From: Abiotrophia defectiva
GTDB taxonomy: Bacteria; Bacillota; Bacilli; Lactobacillales; Aerococcaceae
Assembly (NCBI GenBank): GCA_963546405.1
Contig: CAUUNL010000001.1
Location: forward strand, 19,261-83,260
DNA: 64,000 bases
Direction: 5' to 3'
Below are positions 20,599 through 30,537 of the stretch, piece after piece. Positions within the stretch are counted from its first letter, which is position 1. Each line of letters begins with the position of its first letter. Under the pieces are notes generated by a model that had not been told where the DNA came from, searched no databases, and worked only from the letters and a program-made list of their open reading frames with translations. A program made the translations under genes and the position numbers.

Positions 20599-21131
20599 GT
20601 TTGTAGCGAATAGTTTGTGAATCTATAATGTGTCACTATTATTTTAGAAGGGTGATTATACGCACATTATCAGTGTTACCAATATGTCATCAAAATATTT
20701 GTGGTTCTTTCGTTTTGCCGATTTTAAAAGTTCTTGTGAATACTAAATATAGTTGGCAAAAATATTGGGAGAATTTGTCTTAATTTAAAGGTCATGCATC
20801 GCTTGAATAGAGGGCATAGCATCTTGTAAGGAATAGTTTTTATCTAGAATTCTTAGATGTTTAGAAGAGTTAGATGCCATAAGTTCATTCATTAAATTAT
20901 TGTCTTTTATTAGTGCGCCTTTATTTTAGCTAAATAGACAAGTATTGGGAAACTTTGTCTATTTATACTTGACTAAAGTTTTTGTCAAAATAAACAAAAT
21001 AAGAATTTCGTTAATTTTTAAGAAAAAAGAGACCAGATCTAAAATTGTGAGGAATGGACCAAAAATATAGGGGGTTATGTTACGAAATGATTACGATTTA
21101 GTAACAGCATTCTAGCAAAACGAGATAACCT

Positions 21132-21159
21132 TTGACGTGAATTTGTATAGTGTTATAAT
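21132..21159 (+). promoter_or_regulatory. Sigma-A promoter of pel operon
   Basis: TTGACG-16 bp-TATAAT with extended TG, about 200 nt before pelD. Confidence 0.65.
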
Positions 21160-21356
21160 AGTGCCAATCTTAGGGGAGTAGCGGCAAAGAGGGTTATATA
21201 AAGTAAATTGGAGATTTTATTTTGAATTTCTTAGGTAACTTCGGAAATTTCATTTCTATTTCTATCTTTAATTATTAGACATTTTCTACAGTATTAAAAA
21301 TGAAGACTACCTACTTCTTCTAGGCAAGAAATACATTAGGGGGGTAAACAGTAACT

Positions 21357-23129
21357 ATGAATATACTTGTAACGGGGAATACAAGTTACCTGACACGAGA
21401 ATTTATCCAGGAAGCTTTTCCAGAAGGTCGTGTGATTATTCTGGGGGACTGTGACTTAAAAACATCTTATCGGCAAGGAGTGACGGTCTTATCCATGGAG
21501 CAAAGGGACTGGGCTTTGGAAGAGGTTTGTGAGATGTATGAGATTAACCAGGTGGTTTTTTTCTCAAATTTCCTTACGCTTCGTTCGAAGGAAGTTGGGG
21601 AAGGGGAGGCTCTTCAGCAACTCCTTACTGCTTGTCAGACCTATCGTATCAGCCGCTTTTGTTATTTGGCTGGACCGCAATCGAATTTTCAAAATCAAGA
21701 GCTGGAGACACAACTGGCCCAAAGCTATGAGCAACTTTGCCTCTATGAAGGTCAAGAGCATGGTCTGTCAATTAAGGTAATTCGCTTACCCTATCTTTAT
21801 TCAAATCAAACTTTACCACCTTACATCAATCAGATATTTAGTCAATGGGCGAGCGGTGATGCTGCACGGTTCAAGGAAAATCGGGACAGCGACTTTTTCT
21901 TCCTACAAATGGATGATCTAGCTCATCTACTGTATAAGGTATTGGATGATTGGACCGATGAATCAGAGCTCTTGCTTGTACCTAATAGCTTCAAACTAAC
22001 TTATCAGGATTTGGCTCATGCCATGCTCCAATTTAAACCAGATGTTTCCATTAGTTTTACAAAGGGACAGCTTCAAAAAGTTGGACAAACTACGTCGATG
22101 ACTACTTCGCTTCGAACACGTTATGGGTGGTTTCCTCAATTCAATCCCTTAGAGGATTGGCAAACTATCTTAAAAGAGGGTTATCTTGGCCAAGGGAAGT
22201 CCTCCTTGTTTGGGTGGTGGCAGGACTTGAAACAATGGATGGGACTACATCCAACCCTGGTAAGGATTGTAGAAGTATTTCTTCTCTTCCTTCTATCAGA
22301 AATCTTCTCTCTGATTCTGAGAAATCAACAACAATTCCGCACAGTTGATGTGCGAATTCTCTACATCGTCGTGATGGCTATGACTGGTGGGATAGGGTTT
22401 GGGCTTTTATCGGCTAGTTTGTCGATTTTAGCTCTGCTATATATCTATGTAACTTCCGGGAATAACTGGATTACACTCTTCTATGACCCGCTGAACTGGG
22501 TTCCTTTTGTGGTCTACCTAGTAACAGGCGCTATGGTTGGTCGTTTGAGGGCTGAGGCCTTGCATGACAAAGCTGTTTTGTCGCGAGAGAACCAACTTTT
22601 ACGCGATAAGAGCCATTTAATTCGCCAACTTTATCGTGATATGCTACTTGATAAGTCTATGCTAAAAAAACAAATCATGGGTTGTCGTGATTCCTATGGC
22701 CGTATATATAACTGGGTTAAGCGTTTGAATCAACCGACTCCTGAGCGAGTTCTTAAGGTAGCCCAAGAGCTCTTAGTTGAGTTAGTAGACCCAATGGCTC
22801 TAGTCTTCTATCAGGTATCAGGAAGCAACCAACTAGCTCCTGTTCCTAATCTTAGCAAAGCATTGGCAAGTCCTCTGTTAGAGGGACCTTTAGGGCCATT
22901 AGCTGAGCCTTTGATGGCAGGTGAACTTTGGTTGAACCGGCAACTTGATCCAAGCTTGCCGCATTATGTGTCAGGATTACGATATCAGGATCAATTAGTC
23001 ATTGTTGTCGGTTTGTTAGAGCGTCAACTAGACCCCATGGATGTGGCGCACTATAATCAACTTCGAGTTATTTTTGGTTTAATTGAAATGTCACTCCAGC
23101 ATGCATTGGAAATCACTAATAACCAATAA
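21357..23129 (+). CDS. pelD: Gram-positive PelD (degenerate SDR/NAD-binding domain, TM bundle, GAF-like C-terminus, no GGDEF)
   Basis: MNILVTG N-terminus, about four TM helices, first gene of a pelDEAFG-ordered operon. Confidence 0.75.
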   Translation: MNILVTGNTSYLTREFIQEAFPEGRVIILGDCDLKTSYRQGVTVLSMEQRDWALEEVCEMYEINQVVFFSNFLTLRSKEVGEGEALQQLLTACQTYRISRFCYLAGPQSNFQNQELETQLAQSYEQLCLYEGQEHGLSIKVIRLPYLYSNQTLPPYINQIFSQWASGDAARFKENRDSDFFFLQMDDLAHLLYKVLDDWTDESELLLVPNSFKLTYQDLAHAMLQFKPDVSISFTKGQLQKVGQTTSMTTSLRTRYGWFPQFNPLEDWQTILKEGYLGQGKSSLFGWWQDLKQWMGLHPTLVRIVEVFLLFLLSEIFSLILRNQQQFRTVDVRILYIVVMAMTGGIGFGLLSASLSILALLYIYVTSGNNWITLFYDPLNWVPFVVYLVTGAMVGRLRAEALHDKAVLSRENQLLRDKSHLIRQLYRDMLLDKSMLKKQIMGCRDSYGRIYNWVKRLNQPTPERVLKVAQELLVELVDPMALVFYQVSGSNQLAPVPNLSKALASPLLEGPLGPLAEPLMAGELWLNRQLDPSLPHYVSGLRYQDQLVIVVGLLERQLDPMDVAHYNQLRVIFGLIEMSLQHALEITNNQ

Positions 23130-23146
23130 AATAAGGGGGATAAGTT

Positions 23147-24073
23147 ATGCTACCAACTTTGATACTGGTTGTGTTGTTGCTAGGGCACTTGTTTATTAGC
23201 TATGTTCTCTATCGGCAGATGCTTGCTCGAAAAGTTTCAATTAATCCTATTTTGTGGATACCTATTCTCTTGCTTCCCTATTTAGGCCCTTTAGCGGTAG
23301 CTATTGCCTACTATTTGATGTCTAAGCGAGCAAGAAGGCAGCAAATAGAAGTAGGAATAGAGGAAAGCTTAGCGTTAGAGGATCATTCGCTAGAATTAGA
23401 AGTGGAGGAAGAAGACTCTATTGACCTTCGAGCATCAGAAGATGTCAGGCAGTGGGTACCAATTGAAGAAGCATTATTACTCAATGATTCAATTACAAAA
23501 CGCGAATTGATGATGAGTATGCTTAAAGACCAGCCAAGCAATGTAGTCGCTTTGTTACAAGAAGCGCGAATGAATGAAGATGTTGAAGTAGTCCATTACG
23601 CAACTGTCATGTTGGCGGAATTACACAAAGACTATGATCTTAAAGTACATCAACTTAAGGAAGAATTAGCTGAGCAACCCGATAATCTTTCTCTTTTGGA
23701 AGAGCTTTGTTTAGTTTTAGAGGAGTATTTAATATCTGGGTTAGTGGCTGGAAAATTTGCAGAAAGCTCTCGACGTCAGTATATTGATTTATTACGACGG
23801 AAGGTTGCGCTTAATCATGAACTAAAAGACTTTATCCGATTGGGGCAACAGTATTTAGCTCTAGGGGAAGAACAACGAGTGCGGCAAGTTCTAGAGTATT
23901 GCCAGATTAATTGGCCAACCGATGAGTCTTATCGCGTATTTCAATTTCAAGCTCTAGTTGCTCTTGGTGATCGATTAGGCTTGCAACAATTTTTTCAAGA
24001 TATTGACACTTGTCATGTGTATTTTTCACGCCGTAATCGCCAAGTAATTCAGTTTTGGCGGCAACAAGTGTAG
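23147..24073 (+). CDS. pelE: PelE-like protein (two TM helices plus helical repeats)
   Basis: PIEEALLLND...NEDVEVVHYA motif; position in operon. Confidence 0.75.
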   Translation: MLPTLILVVLLLGHLFISYVLYRQMLARKVSINPILWIPILLLPYLGPLAVAIAYYLMSKRARRQQIEVGIEESLALEDHSLELEVEEEDSIDLRASEDVRQWVPIEEALLLNDSITKRELMMSMLKDQPSNVVALLQEARMNEDVEVVHYATVMLAELHKDYDLKVHQLKEELAEQPDNLSLLEELCLVLEEYLISGLVAGKFAESSRRQYIDLLRRKVALNHELKDFIRLGQQYLALGEEQRVRQVLEYCQINWPTDESYRVFQFQALVALGDRLGLQQFFQDIDTCHVYFSRRNRQVIQFWRQQV

Positions 24074-24085
24074 TAGGGGGACGCT

Positions 24086-25924
24086 ATGAAAGGATGGAAA
24101 CAATTTCGTTATCGAGGGGTTTTACTAGTATTTATTGCTTTTCTAGGAGTGGCTGTGGCTTTATTCTTGGAGCGACAAGGGATTGGCTATCAAATTCCAG
24201 AGCAAGCCTATACCTATCTAACAGGAGCGGTTGTAACCGCTGATCAAGCACAATCACAAGTGCCGGTCAATACGCTTGTGGTCATGGATAGTCGAGACCC
24301 GTCTAGTATGTTGGCCAAAGAACAATTTCAACAAATTCTTAAGGATATGAAAGTAGGCTATACATTGATTGATATAGCCGAAGACTCTCTTCCTGAGCTC
24401 CAAAAATATGAGAAGGTAGTAATGTTAATTTCGCAACTTGATGATTTAGATCAAGAATTGGTTGGATTACGCGATTGGGTTGAGTCAGGAGGCTATGTTC
24501 AATTTGCCTTGACACTCCAGAAGTCTAGCCATCTGTCTTTAATTGAACAAGCTATAGGGATTAAACAATCTCAGGCGGAACATGGTCTTGTAGACAAGCT
24601 TTACATTGAACCTGACTTCATGATTGGAGGAGGTCGTGAGTACATAATCGAAGAACCCTTTGATTCTGCACTCAAGGTGGAACTGTCAGATAAAGCTAAG
24701 GTTCACGTTAGTCGCAAGGAAGGAGATGGGATTTTACCATTAATTTGGGAGCATTCCTATGGTAAAGGGAAGTTTGTAATCGATAACTTTGGTATCTATA
24801 ACAAAGTGACCAGAGGCCTCTATGCGGCTTCATATAACCTGATGGGTAAGGTAGCAAGTTATCCAGTTATTAATGGTTCGGCTTTCTACTTAGATGATTT
24901 TCCTGCTCCGGTACCTGGCGGCGACGGCAAGTATGTTAAGCGTGATTATAACTTGAATGTTGCTGATTTCTACACCAATATCTGGTGGGTAGATATGCTG
25001 AGTTTTGTCGATAAGTACGGGATTAAATACACTGGTGCAACCATTGAAAATTATGAAGATGATACTTCAGGTAATGTTCACGGTCAAGATGACATTTCTC
25101 GTTTTGTCTATTTTGGTAATATGTTGCTAAGATCAGGTGGAGAGATTGGTTATCATGGGTATAATCACCAACCTCTGTCTCCAAAGTCGGTGGATTATAA
25201 AGGTCTTTATTCTTATCATACTTGGGAAGAATCTGCTATGATATCCGCCATGAAAGAGTTAGTACGTTTTAACGAGGAACTTTTTCCTAATGTAGAGAAG
25301 TCAGTCTATGTTCCACCTTCCAATGTCCTATCGCCAGAAGGGCGCAAAGTATTGGTAGAGAATATTCCAGAAATTAAGACGATTGCCAGTAACTATTTCT
25401 CGGGTGATTTCGCCTATGACCAAGAATTTGAATGGGCACCAGATGGTATGGTGGAGCAACCTCGAATTATTTCGGGTGGGATGCTCGACGATTTTATGCA
25501 GTTAGCAGCATTCTCTGAGCTCAACATGCATTTTGTCAATACTCACTTTATCCACCCTGATGATACCTTGGACGTGGACCGTGGGGCAGAACTAGGTTGG
25601 GGTGTACTTAAAAGAAATCTTGAACACTATATAAGTTGGCTTAAAACTGCTGCGCCTGCTCTGAGAGACTTAACTGGTTCTCAGTTGTCAGGAGCAGTAC
25701 AACGCTATGCGGCAATAGCGCCTAAGCAAGAACGCACCGAGTCAGGAATTGAATGGACTTTCGATCATTTCTACGATGAGGTCTATCTCTTTGTCCGAAT
25801 TAATGAAGGGCAATTAGGTGAACGGGTAAATGGTGGTACATTAACACATTTAACCGGAAATCTCTACCTTTTGAAAGCGACTCAGGCCAAAGTAAGCATT
25901 GACTGGAGTGAAAACCAAGAATGA
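24086..25924 (+). CDS. pelA: PelA deacetylase-like protein (DUF2194 type)
   Basis: N-terminal TM; FYLDDFP, GYHGYNHQPL, YVPPSN, HFIHPDD carbohydrate-esterase motifs. Confidence 0.8.
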   Translation: MKGWKQFRYRGVLLVFIAFLGVAVALFLERQGIGYQIPEQAYTYLTGAVVTADQAQSQVPVNTLVVMDSRDPSSMLAKEQFQQILKDMKVGYTLIDIAEDSLPELQKYEKVVMLISQLDDLDQELVGLRDWVESGGYVQFALTLQKSSHLSLIEQAIGIKQSQAEHGLVDKLYIEPDFMIGGGREYIIEEPFDSALKVELSDKAKVHVSRKEGDGILPLIWEHSYGKGKFVIDNFGIYNKVTRGLYAASYNLMGKVASYPVINGSAFYLDDFPAPVPGGDGKYVKRDYNLNVADFYTNIWWVDMLSFVDKYGIKYTGATIENYEDDTSGNVHGQDDISRFVYFGNMLLRSGGEIGYHGYNHQPLSPKSVDYKGLYSYHTWEESAMISAMKELVRFNEELFPNVEKSVYVPPSNVLSPEGRKVLVENIPEIKTIASNYFSGDFAYDQEFEWAPDGMVEQPRIISGGMLDDFMQLAAFSELNMHFVNTHFIHPDDTLDVDRGAELGWGVLKRNLEHYISWLKTAAPALRDLTGSQLSGAVQRYAAIAPKQERTESGIEWTFDHFYDEVYLFVRINEGQLGERVNGGTLTHLTGNLYLLKATQAKVSIDWSENQE

Positions 25925-27327
25925 GAATATGTTTAATATTGGAAGGAAGCTATCCTTATGTGCATGGGGGCGTCTCAACTTGGATGCATCAGTATATTCA
26001 GAATATGCCTCAACACGAGTTTGTTCTCTGGGTTATTGGGGCTAAGGCTAAGGACAGGGGCAAGTTCGTCTATCAAATGTTGGATAACGTGGTCGAAGTT
26101 CATGAAGTATTCCTAGATGATGCTTTACATTTAGCCCCAAGTAAGCGTCTATTTGATTATCGTTTTAGCAAAGAAGAATTAGAATCACTTAGACAACTTA
26201 TGGAAACAGGGCGCCCAAACTGGGAGCTTCTATGCCAACTCTATCAAGATAAGCAGCTGAATCCTGTTGATTTCTTACAAAGTGAGAGTTTTCTGGAGAT
26301 GATGGTGGATCTTTGCCAGGAACAATATGCTTATAACGCCTTTGCAGAAGTCTTCCACACCATTCGGTCCATGCTCTTGCCGGTCTTTTACCTTTTAGGC
26401 CAAGAAGTACCACAGGCTGATGTTTATCATGCAATATCTACAGGCTATAGTGGTATACTAGCATTATTGGGGCAATATCGTTATGGGCGGCCTATTTTGT
26501 TAACGGAACACGGCATCTATACCCGTGAGCGAGAAGAGGAGATTATACGCTCGAACTGGGTTTTGCCTAGTATGAAAAATCATTGGATTAAGTTTTTCTA
26601 TATGCTATCTGACATTATTTATAGTCGGGCTCAGATTATTTCTAGCCTTTTTACCAAGGCAAGACTAACGCAGATTGAAATAGGTTGCAATCCAGAACGC
26701 TGTCGGGTGATAGAAAATGGGATTGACTTTCAACGTTTCTCTTCTGTGCCAGCTAAAATTCCCGATGGACAAGTGGACATCGGCGCAGTAGTGCGTTTGG
26801 CTCCTATAAAGGATATTAAGACCATGCTTTATGCCTTCTACGAATTAAGTAACCGTCTTGATAATGTCCGCCTTCATATTATGGGGGGCGTGGATGATGA
26901 AGAGTATGCCCAAGAATGCTATGACCTAGTTAAGCAGATGCAGTTGGATAATGTCATCTTCACTGGCCGGGTAGATATTGTAACTTATATGGAAAATCTC
27001 GATTTTACGATTCTGACTAGTATTTCAGAGGCCCAACCTTTATCTGTCTTGGAGTCATTAGCTTCTGGGCGTCCTTGTGTCACGACCGATGTGGGCTGTT
27101 GTCGGGAATTGTTGGAGGGCGGGCCAGATGATTATTTAGGCCTAGCTGGTTATTGTGTTCCGCCAACTTACCAAAAAGGATTAGCAGACGCGATGGAACT
27201 TATGTGCCGGTCGCAAGAAAGCCGCTTAAAGATGGGAGCAATTGGACGAGCACGTGTAGAACGTTATTATCAATATAATCGAATGCTAAAGGGTTATTTA
27301 GCTATGTATGAGGAGGTGGAGGCCTAA
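25921..27327 (+). CDS. pelF: PelF GT4 glycosyltransferase
   Basis: EGSYPYVHGGVSTW, STGYSG, TEHGIY, PIKDIKT, SISEAQPLSVLE. Confidence 0.92.
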   Translation: MRICLILEGSYPYVHGGVSTWMHQYIQNMPQHEFVLWVIGAKAKDRGKFVYQMLDNVVEVHEVFLDDALHLAPSKRLFDYRFSKEELESLRQLMETGRPNWELLCQLYQDKQLNPVDFLQSESFLEMMVDLCQEQYAYNAFAEVFHTIRSMLLPVFYLLGQEVPQADVYHAISTGYSGILALLGQYRYGRPILLTEHGIYTREREEEIIRSNWVLPSMKNHWIKFFYMLSDIIYSRAQIISSLFTKARLTQIEIGCNPERCRVIENGIDFQRFSSVPAKIPDGQVDIGAVVRLAPIKDIKTMLYAFYELSNRLDNVRLHIMGGVDDEEYAQECYDLVKQMQLDNVIFTGRVDIVTYMENLDFTILTSISEAQPLSVLESLASGRPCVTTDVGCCRELLEGGPDDYLGLAGYCVPPTYQKGLADAMELMCRSQESRLKMGAIGRARVERYYQYNRMLKGYLAMYEEVEA

Positions 27328-28799
27328 TGGCAGGGATTGGATTTGAGTTAAGGAAGGTCTTTAATCAAAAGGGGCTCTTTTCTCGTGCAAAGGCATATGG
27401 CTATACGGGTGTTATCTATGCTGGCCCTATGGTTTTAGGGGGGACCTTAATCTTTGGGATTTCCTACCTAGCTAGTCGAGTCGGACTCAATCGTGCCGAT
27501 AGTAATTATTTGACTAGCATGATTACCTATGCAATCTTATCGTCTTTAACGGTCAACTCTTTTTTCTCCTATGCAGTAACTCGTTTCGCTTCAGACATGC
27601 TATATGAGGAGAAGGAAGGCTATCTTTTACCTTCTTATTTAGGATCATCAGCTACTATGATTGGATTAGGAGTCTTATTATATGGACCTTTCCTAATCCT
27701 TTCAGGTGTGACCATAGTACAACTAATCCTAAATCTCACCTTGTTCATGGAGCTGATTTTTGTCTGGAACGGAGTTCAATATTTGACTGCCTTGAAGGAC
27801 TATAAGTCAATTTTACTAGCCTTTTTATCGGCAAGTGTTGTAACCTTTCTAGTAGGATGGGGTCTTCTCTCATTTAACTTGCCAGTTCTGACCTCTCTAT
27901 TATTCAGCGTCTGTGTAGGCTATGGACTCATGTTTCTCGGAATCGTTTATCTCCTGGCGCGATATTTTCCTTTGGACTTGAGGATGCTAGATGAGTCCTT
28001 TCTCTTCTTAAAATGGATTGATAAGTTCTTTGATTTAACCCTAATTGGCTTCTGCCTACATATCGGAATTTTTGGCCATATTCTTGTGGTATGGTTGGGT
28101 CCCTGGGGAAGTCCAGTAAAGGGGCTTTTCTTAGCTTCACAGGTTTACGATGTGCCGGTTCTTTTAGCCTTTTTGACCATACTGGTGACAACGATTAATT
28201 TTGCCTTGGCCACCGAGGTGCACTTCTATCCTAAGTATAAGCGTTATTATAGCTTATTTAACGAGAAGGGAACTTTAACTGATATTAAAGAAGCGGAAGA
28301 AGAAATGTTGTCGGTGATGATACGTGAACTCCTAGCCCTGGCATGGAAACAACTATTTGTAACTATTATAGCTATCTCCGCAGGAAATGCGCTCTTAGAT
28401 GTTCTCCCCTTGGGAATTAACGACCTCATGCGAGGCTATTTTCGTATTTTGTGTGTAGGCTATGGAATTTATGCCATCGCCAATGTTATCCTGTCTATTT
28501 TGTTATACTTCACTGATTATAAGGGGGCTTTGATTGCTGCTGCTAGCTTCGCAATTGCATCGCCACTTTTAACGTTTGTATCTCAATTCTTTAATCGGGC
28601 TTTTCTAGGATTTGGTTTTTTGTTGGCGGCTGCAATTTTCTTCCTAATTGCCTTATGGCGCCTAGACCGTTTCACCAAGAAATTAATGTATTATACGCTA
28701 AGTGCGCAACCTATGACACTTGTGGTACGATATGGTTTCTTCAGTCGGCTTTACGACTATCTGAAAGGGGTGAGAGCCCATGACTTCAAAGAAACATAA
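27327..28799 (+). CDS. pelG: PelG exopolysaccharide transporter
   Basis: MAGIGFELRK N-terminus; about 12 TM segments. Confidence 0.92.
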   Translation: MAGIGFELRKVFNQKGLFSRAKAYGYTGVIYAGPMVLGGTLIFGISYLASRVGLNRADSNYLTSMITYAILSSLTVNSFFSYAVTRFASDMLYEEKEGYLLPSYLGSSATMIGLGVLLYGPFLILSGVTIVQLILNLTLFMELIFVWNGVQYLTALKDYKSILLAFLSASVVTFLVGWGLLSFNLPVLTSLLFSVCVGYGLMFLGIVYLLARYFPLDLRMLDESFLFLKWIDKFFDLTLIGFCLHIGIFGHILVVWLGPWGSPVKGLFLASQVYDVPVLLAFLTILVTTINFALATEVHFYPKYKRYYSLFNEKGTLTDIKEAEEEMLSVMIRELLALAWKQLFVTIIAISAGNALLDVLPLGINDLMRGYFRILCVGYGIYAIANVILSILLYFTDYKGALIAAASFAIASPLLTFVSQFFNRAFLGFGFLLAAAIFFLIALWRLDRFTKKLMYYTLSAQPMTLVVRYGFFSRLYDYLKGVRAHDFKET

Positions 28800-30537
28800 G
28801 CTAACTTTATTGATATTATGTCTCGTAACTTCATGCTTTATCTCGGCATGCAGTCAAGAGGAGACCAGTAGCCAGTCGTTGTCAAATCAAGAAAAGACGG
28901 TTGAATTTGCCGAAAACAATTATCATTTGCGCGATAAAGATTTGCTCTACCAAGAAGACCCTCAATCAGTCAAAACGCTCTACCTAACGATTAAATCGGG
29001 AGATGCAGCGGAGAATACCAACCATACTTGGGAAGAGATTAATACCTACTCAGTTTATGATTATGCCAAATGGGGTCTTCCTCGTTACCAAGTGGCTGCC
29101 CTCTTGCAAGCAGGGGACGATACAGGTCCTTTGGCCGGAGAGTTGGGCTATAGTGAGACAGTGCCTAATGCGACGGTTCAGGTTCGTGGCCAGACTTCTA
29201 GTCGTAACCAACAGAGAAACTATAAGATTAAGCTTAAGAAGAACAAGGGGAGTTGGCAAGGTCAGCGAACCATCAACCTCAATAAGCATCAGACAGATGG
29301 TCTACGTTTTCGTAACAAATTAGCCTATGATTTGATTCGGAGTATTCCCCAATTAATTGGACTACGTACTCAATTTGTTCATCTCTATGTTAAGGATGAA
29401 AACGGGCCTGAGCCAAATAAATTCGTTGATTACGGACTCTATACTCAGGTCGAACAACTTAATGGTAGTGGTCTTAAGGCCCATGGTTTGGATAGTAACG
29501 CTCAACTTTACAAGGTTAACTTCTTTGAATTTCTACCTTATGAAGATGTCATTAAACCAGAAAATGATCCAGATTTCGATAAGCAGGCATTCGAGAAGTT
29601 GCTAGAGATTAAGGGAGATCATGATCATCGTAAATTGATTGAGATGCTACAGGCGGTCAATGATTTGGACCAACCTATTGAGCAGACCTTGGATACTTAT
29701 TTTGATCGGGAGAATCTAACCTACTGGTTGGCCTTCCAGATTTTAATTGGTAACACGGATACTCAGAGTCGAAATGTCTATCTCTATAGTCCTCAGAACA
29801 GCCAACGTTGGTATTTTATCCCCTGGGATCATGATTCTGCCTTCTTCAAGAAGGAATATGAGATTGAACAGTTTGCGGGTAAGACTTCCTGGGAGTCTGG
29901 TATCAGCAACTATTGGGGGAACCGTCTTTTCCAACGCGCCCTTAAGTCTGAAACATTCCGCAAGGAATTAGATGATGCCATTCAAGATTTGAGAGCTAAG
30001 CTGACCCCTGACTATCTGAGCCAAGAAGTAGCCAAGTATCAGGCAACGGTTCAGCCTTATGTGACCAAGGAACCAGATAGTACACATCTGGGTCTGACGC
30101 CTAGCCAATATGAGGAAGTAGTAGCGGCAATTCCTCACGAAATTGAGAGCAACTATCAGGACTATCTAGACAGCCTTAAGAAGCCAATGCCGTTCTTTAT
30201 CGGGATTCCTGAGAAGGACGAGAATGGCAAACTTAAAGTCCGTTGGGATGCGGCTTATGATTTGAAGGGGCAAAAGATAACCTATAAGGTTGAAGTAGCC
30301 AAAGACTTCGAATTCAAAGACGTCATCCATACAGAGGAAGGCTTAACCCTTCCCGAGACAGTCCTAGACATGCCGGAAAAAGGGCACTATTTTGCTCGTG
30401 TGACAGCTACTAATGAAGCCGGGGAGAGCCGCGATGCCTTCGACTACTATGTCACAGAAGCGGGTAAACACTTTGGCGTTAAGAGTTTCTTCATTCAGTC
30501 TGATGGGAAGATTAGTGAGGATGTTTATGAAGAATAA
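28780..30537 (+). CDS. CotH-family kinase lipoprotein
   Basis: Lipobox ISAC; VRGQTS, NYKIKL, YGLYTQVEQ, NTD...N, FIPWDHD CotH motifs; C-terminal beta domain. Confidence 0.88.
   Translation: MTSKKHKLTLLILCLVTSCFISACSQEETSSQSLSNQEKTVEFAENNYHLRDKDLLYQEDPQSVKTLYLTIKSGDAAENTNHTWEEINTYSVYDYAKWGLPRYQVAALLQAGDDTGPLAGELGYSETVPNATVQVRGQTSSRNQQRNYKIKLKKNKGSWQGQRTINLNKHQTDGLRFRNKLAYDLIRSIPQLIGLRTQFVHLYVKDENGPEPNKFVDYGLYTQVEQLNGSGLKAHGLDSNAQLYKVNFFEFLPYEDVIKPENDPDFDKQAFEKLLEIKGDHDHRKLIEMLQAVNDLDQPIEQTLDTYFDRENLTYWLAFQILIGNTDTQSRNVYLYSPQNSQRWYFIPWDHDSAFFKKEYEIEQFAGKTSWESGISNYWGNRLFQRALKSETFRKELDDAIQDLRAKLTPDYLSQEVAKYQATVQPYVTKEPDSTHLGLTPSQYEEVVAAIPHEIESNYQDYLDSLKKPMPFFIGIPEKDENGKLKVRWDAAYDLKGQKITYKVEVAKDFEFKDVIHTEEGLTLPETVLDMPEKGHYFARVTATNEAGESRDAFDYYVTEAGKHFGVKSFFIQSDGKISEDVYEE

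Noticed and set aside
21170..21200. GGGGAGTAGC resembles the start of a yybP-ykoY Mn riboswitch
   Set aside because: The remaining conserved elements of that riboswitch are not visible and the downstream gene is not a typical target
20600..21356. c-di-GMP riboswitch upstream of pel
   Set aside because: GGCAAA occurs, but I found no GEMM two-hairpin architecture
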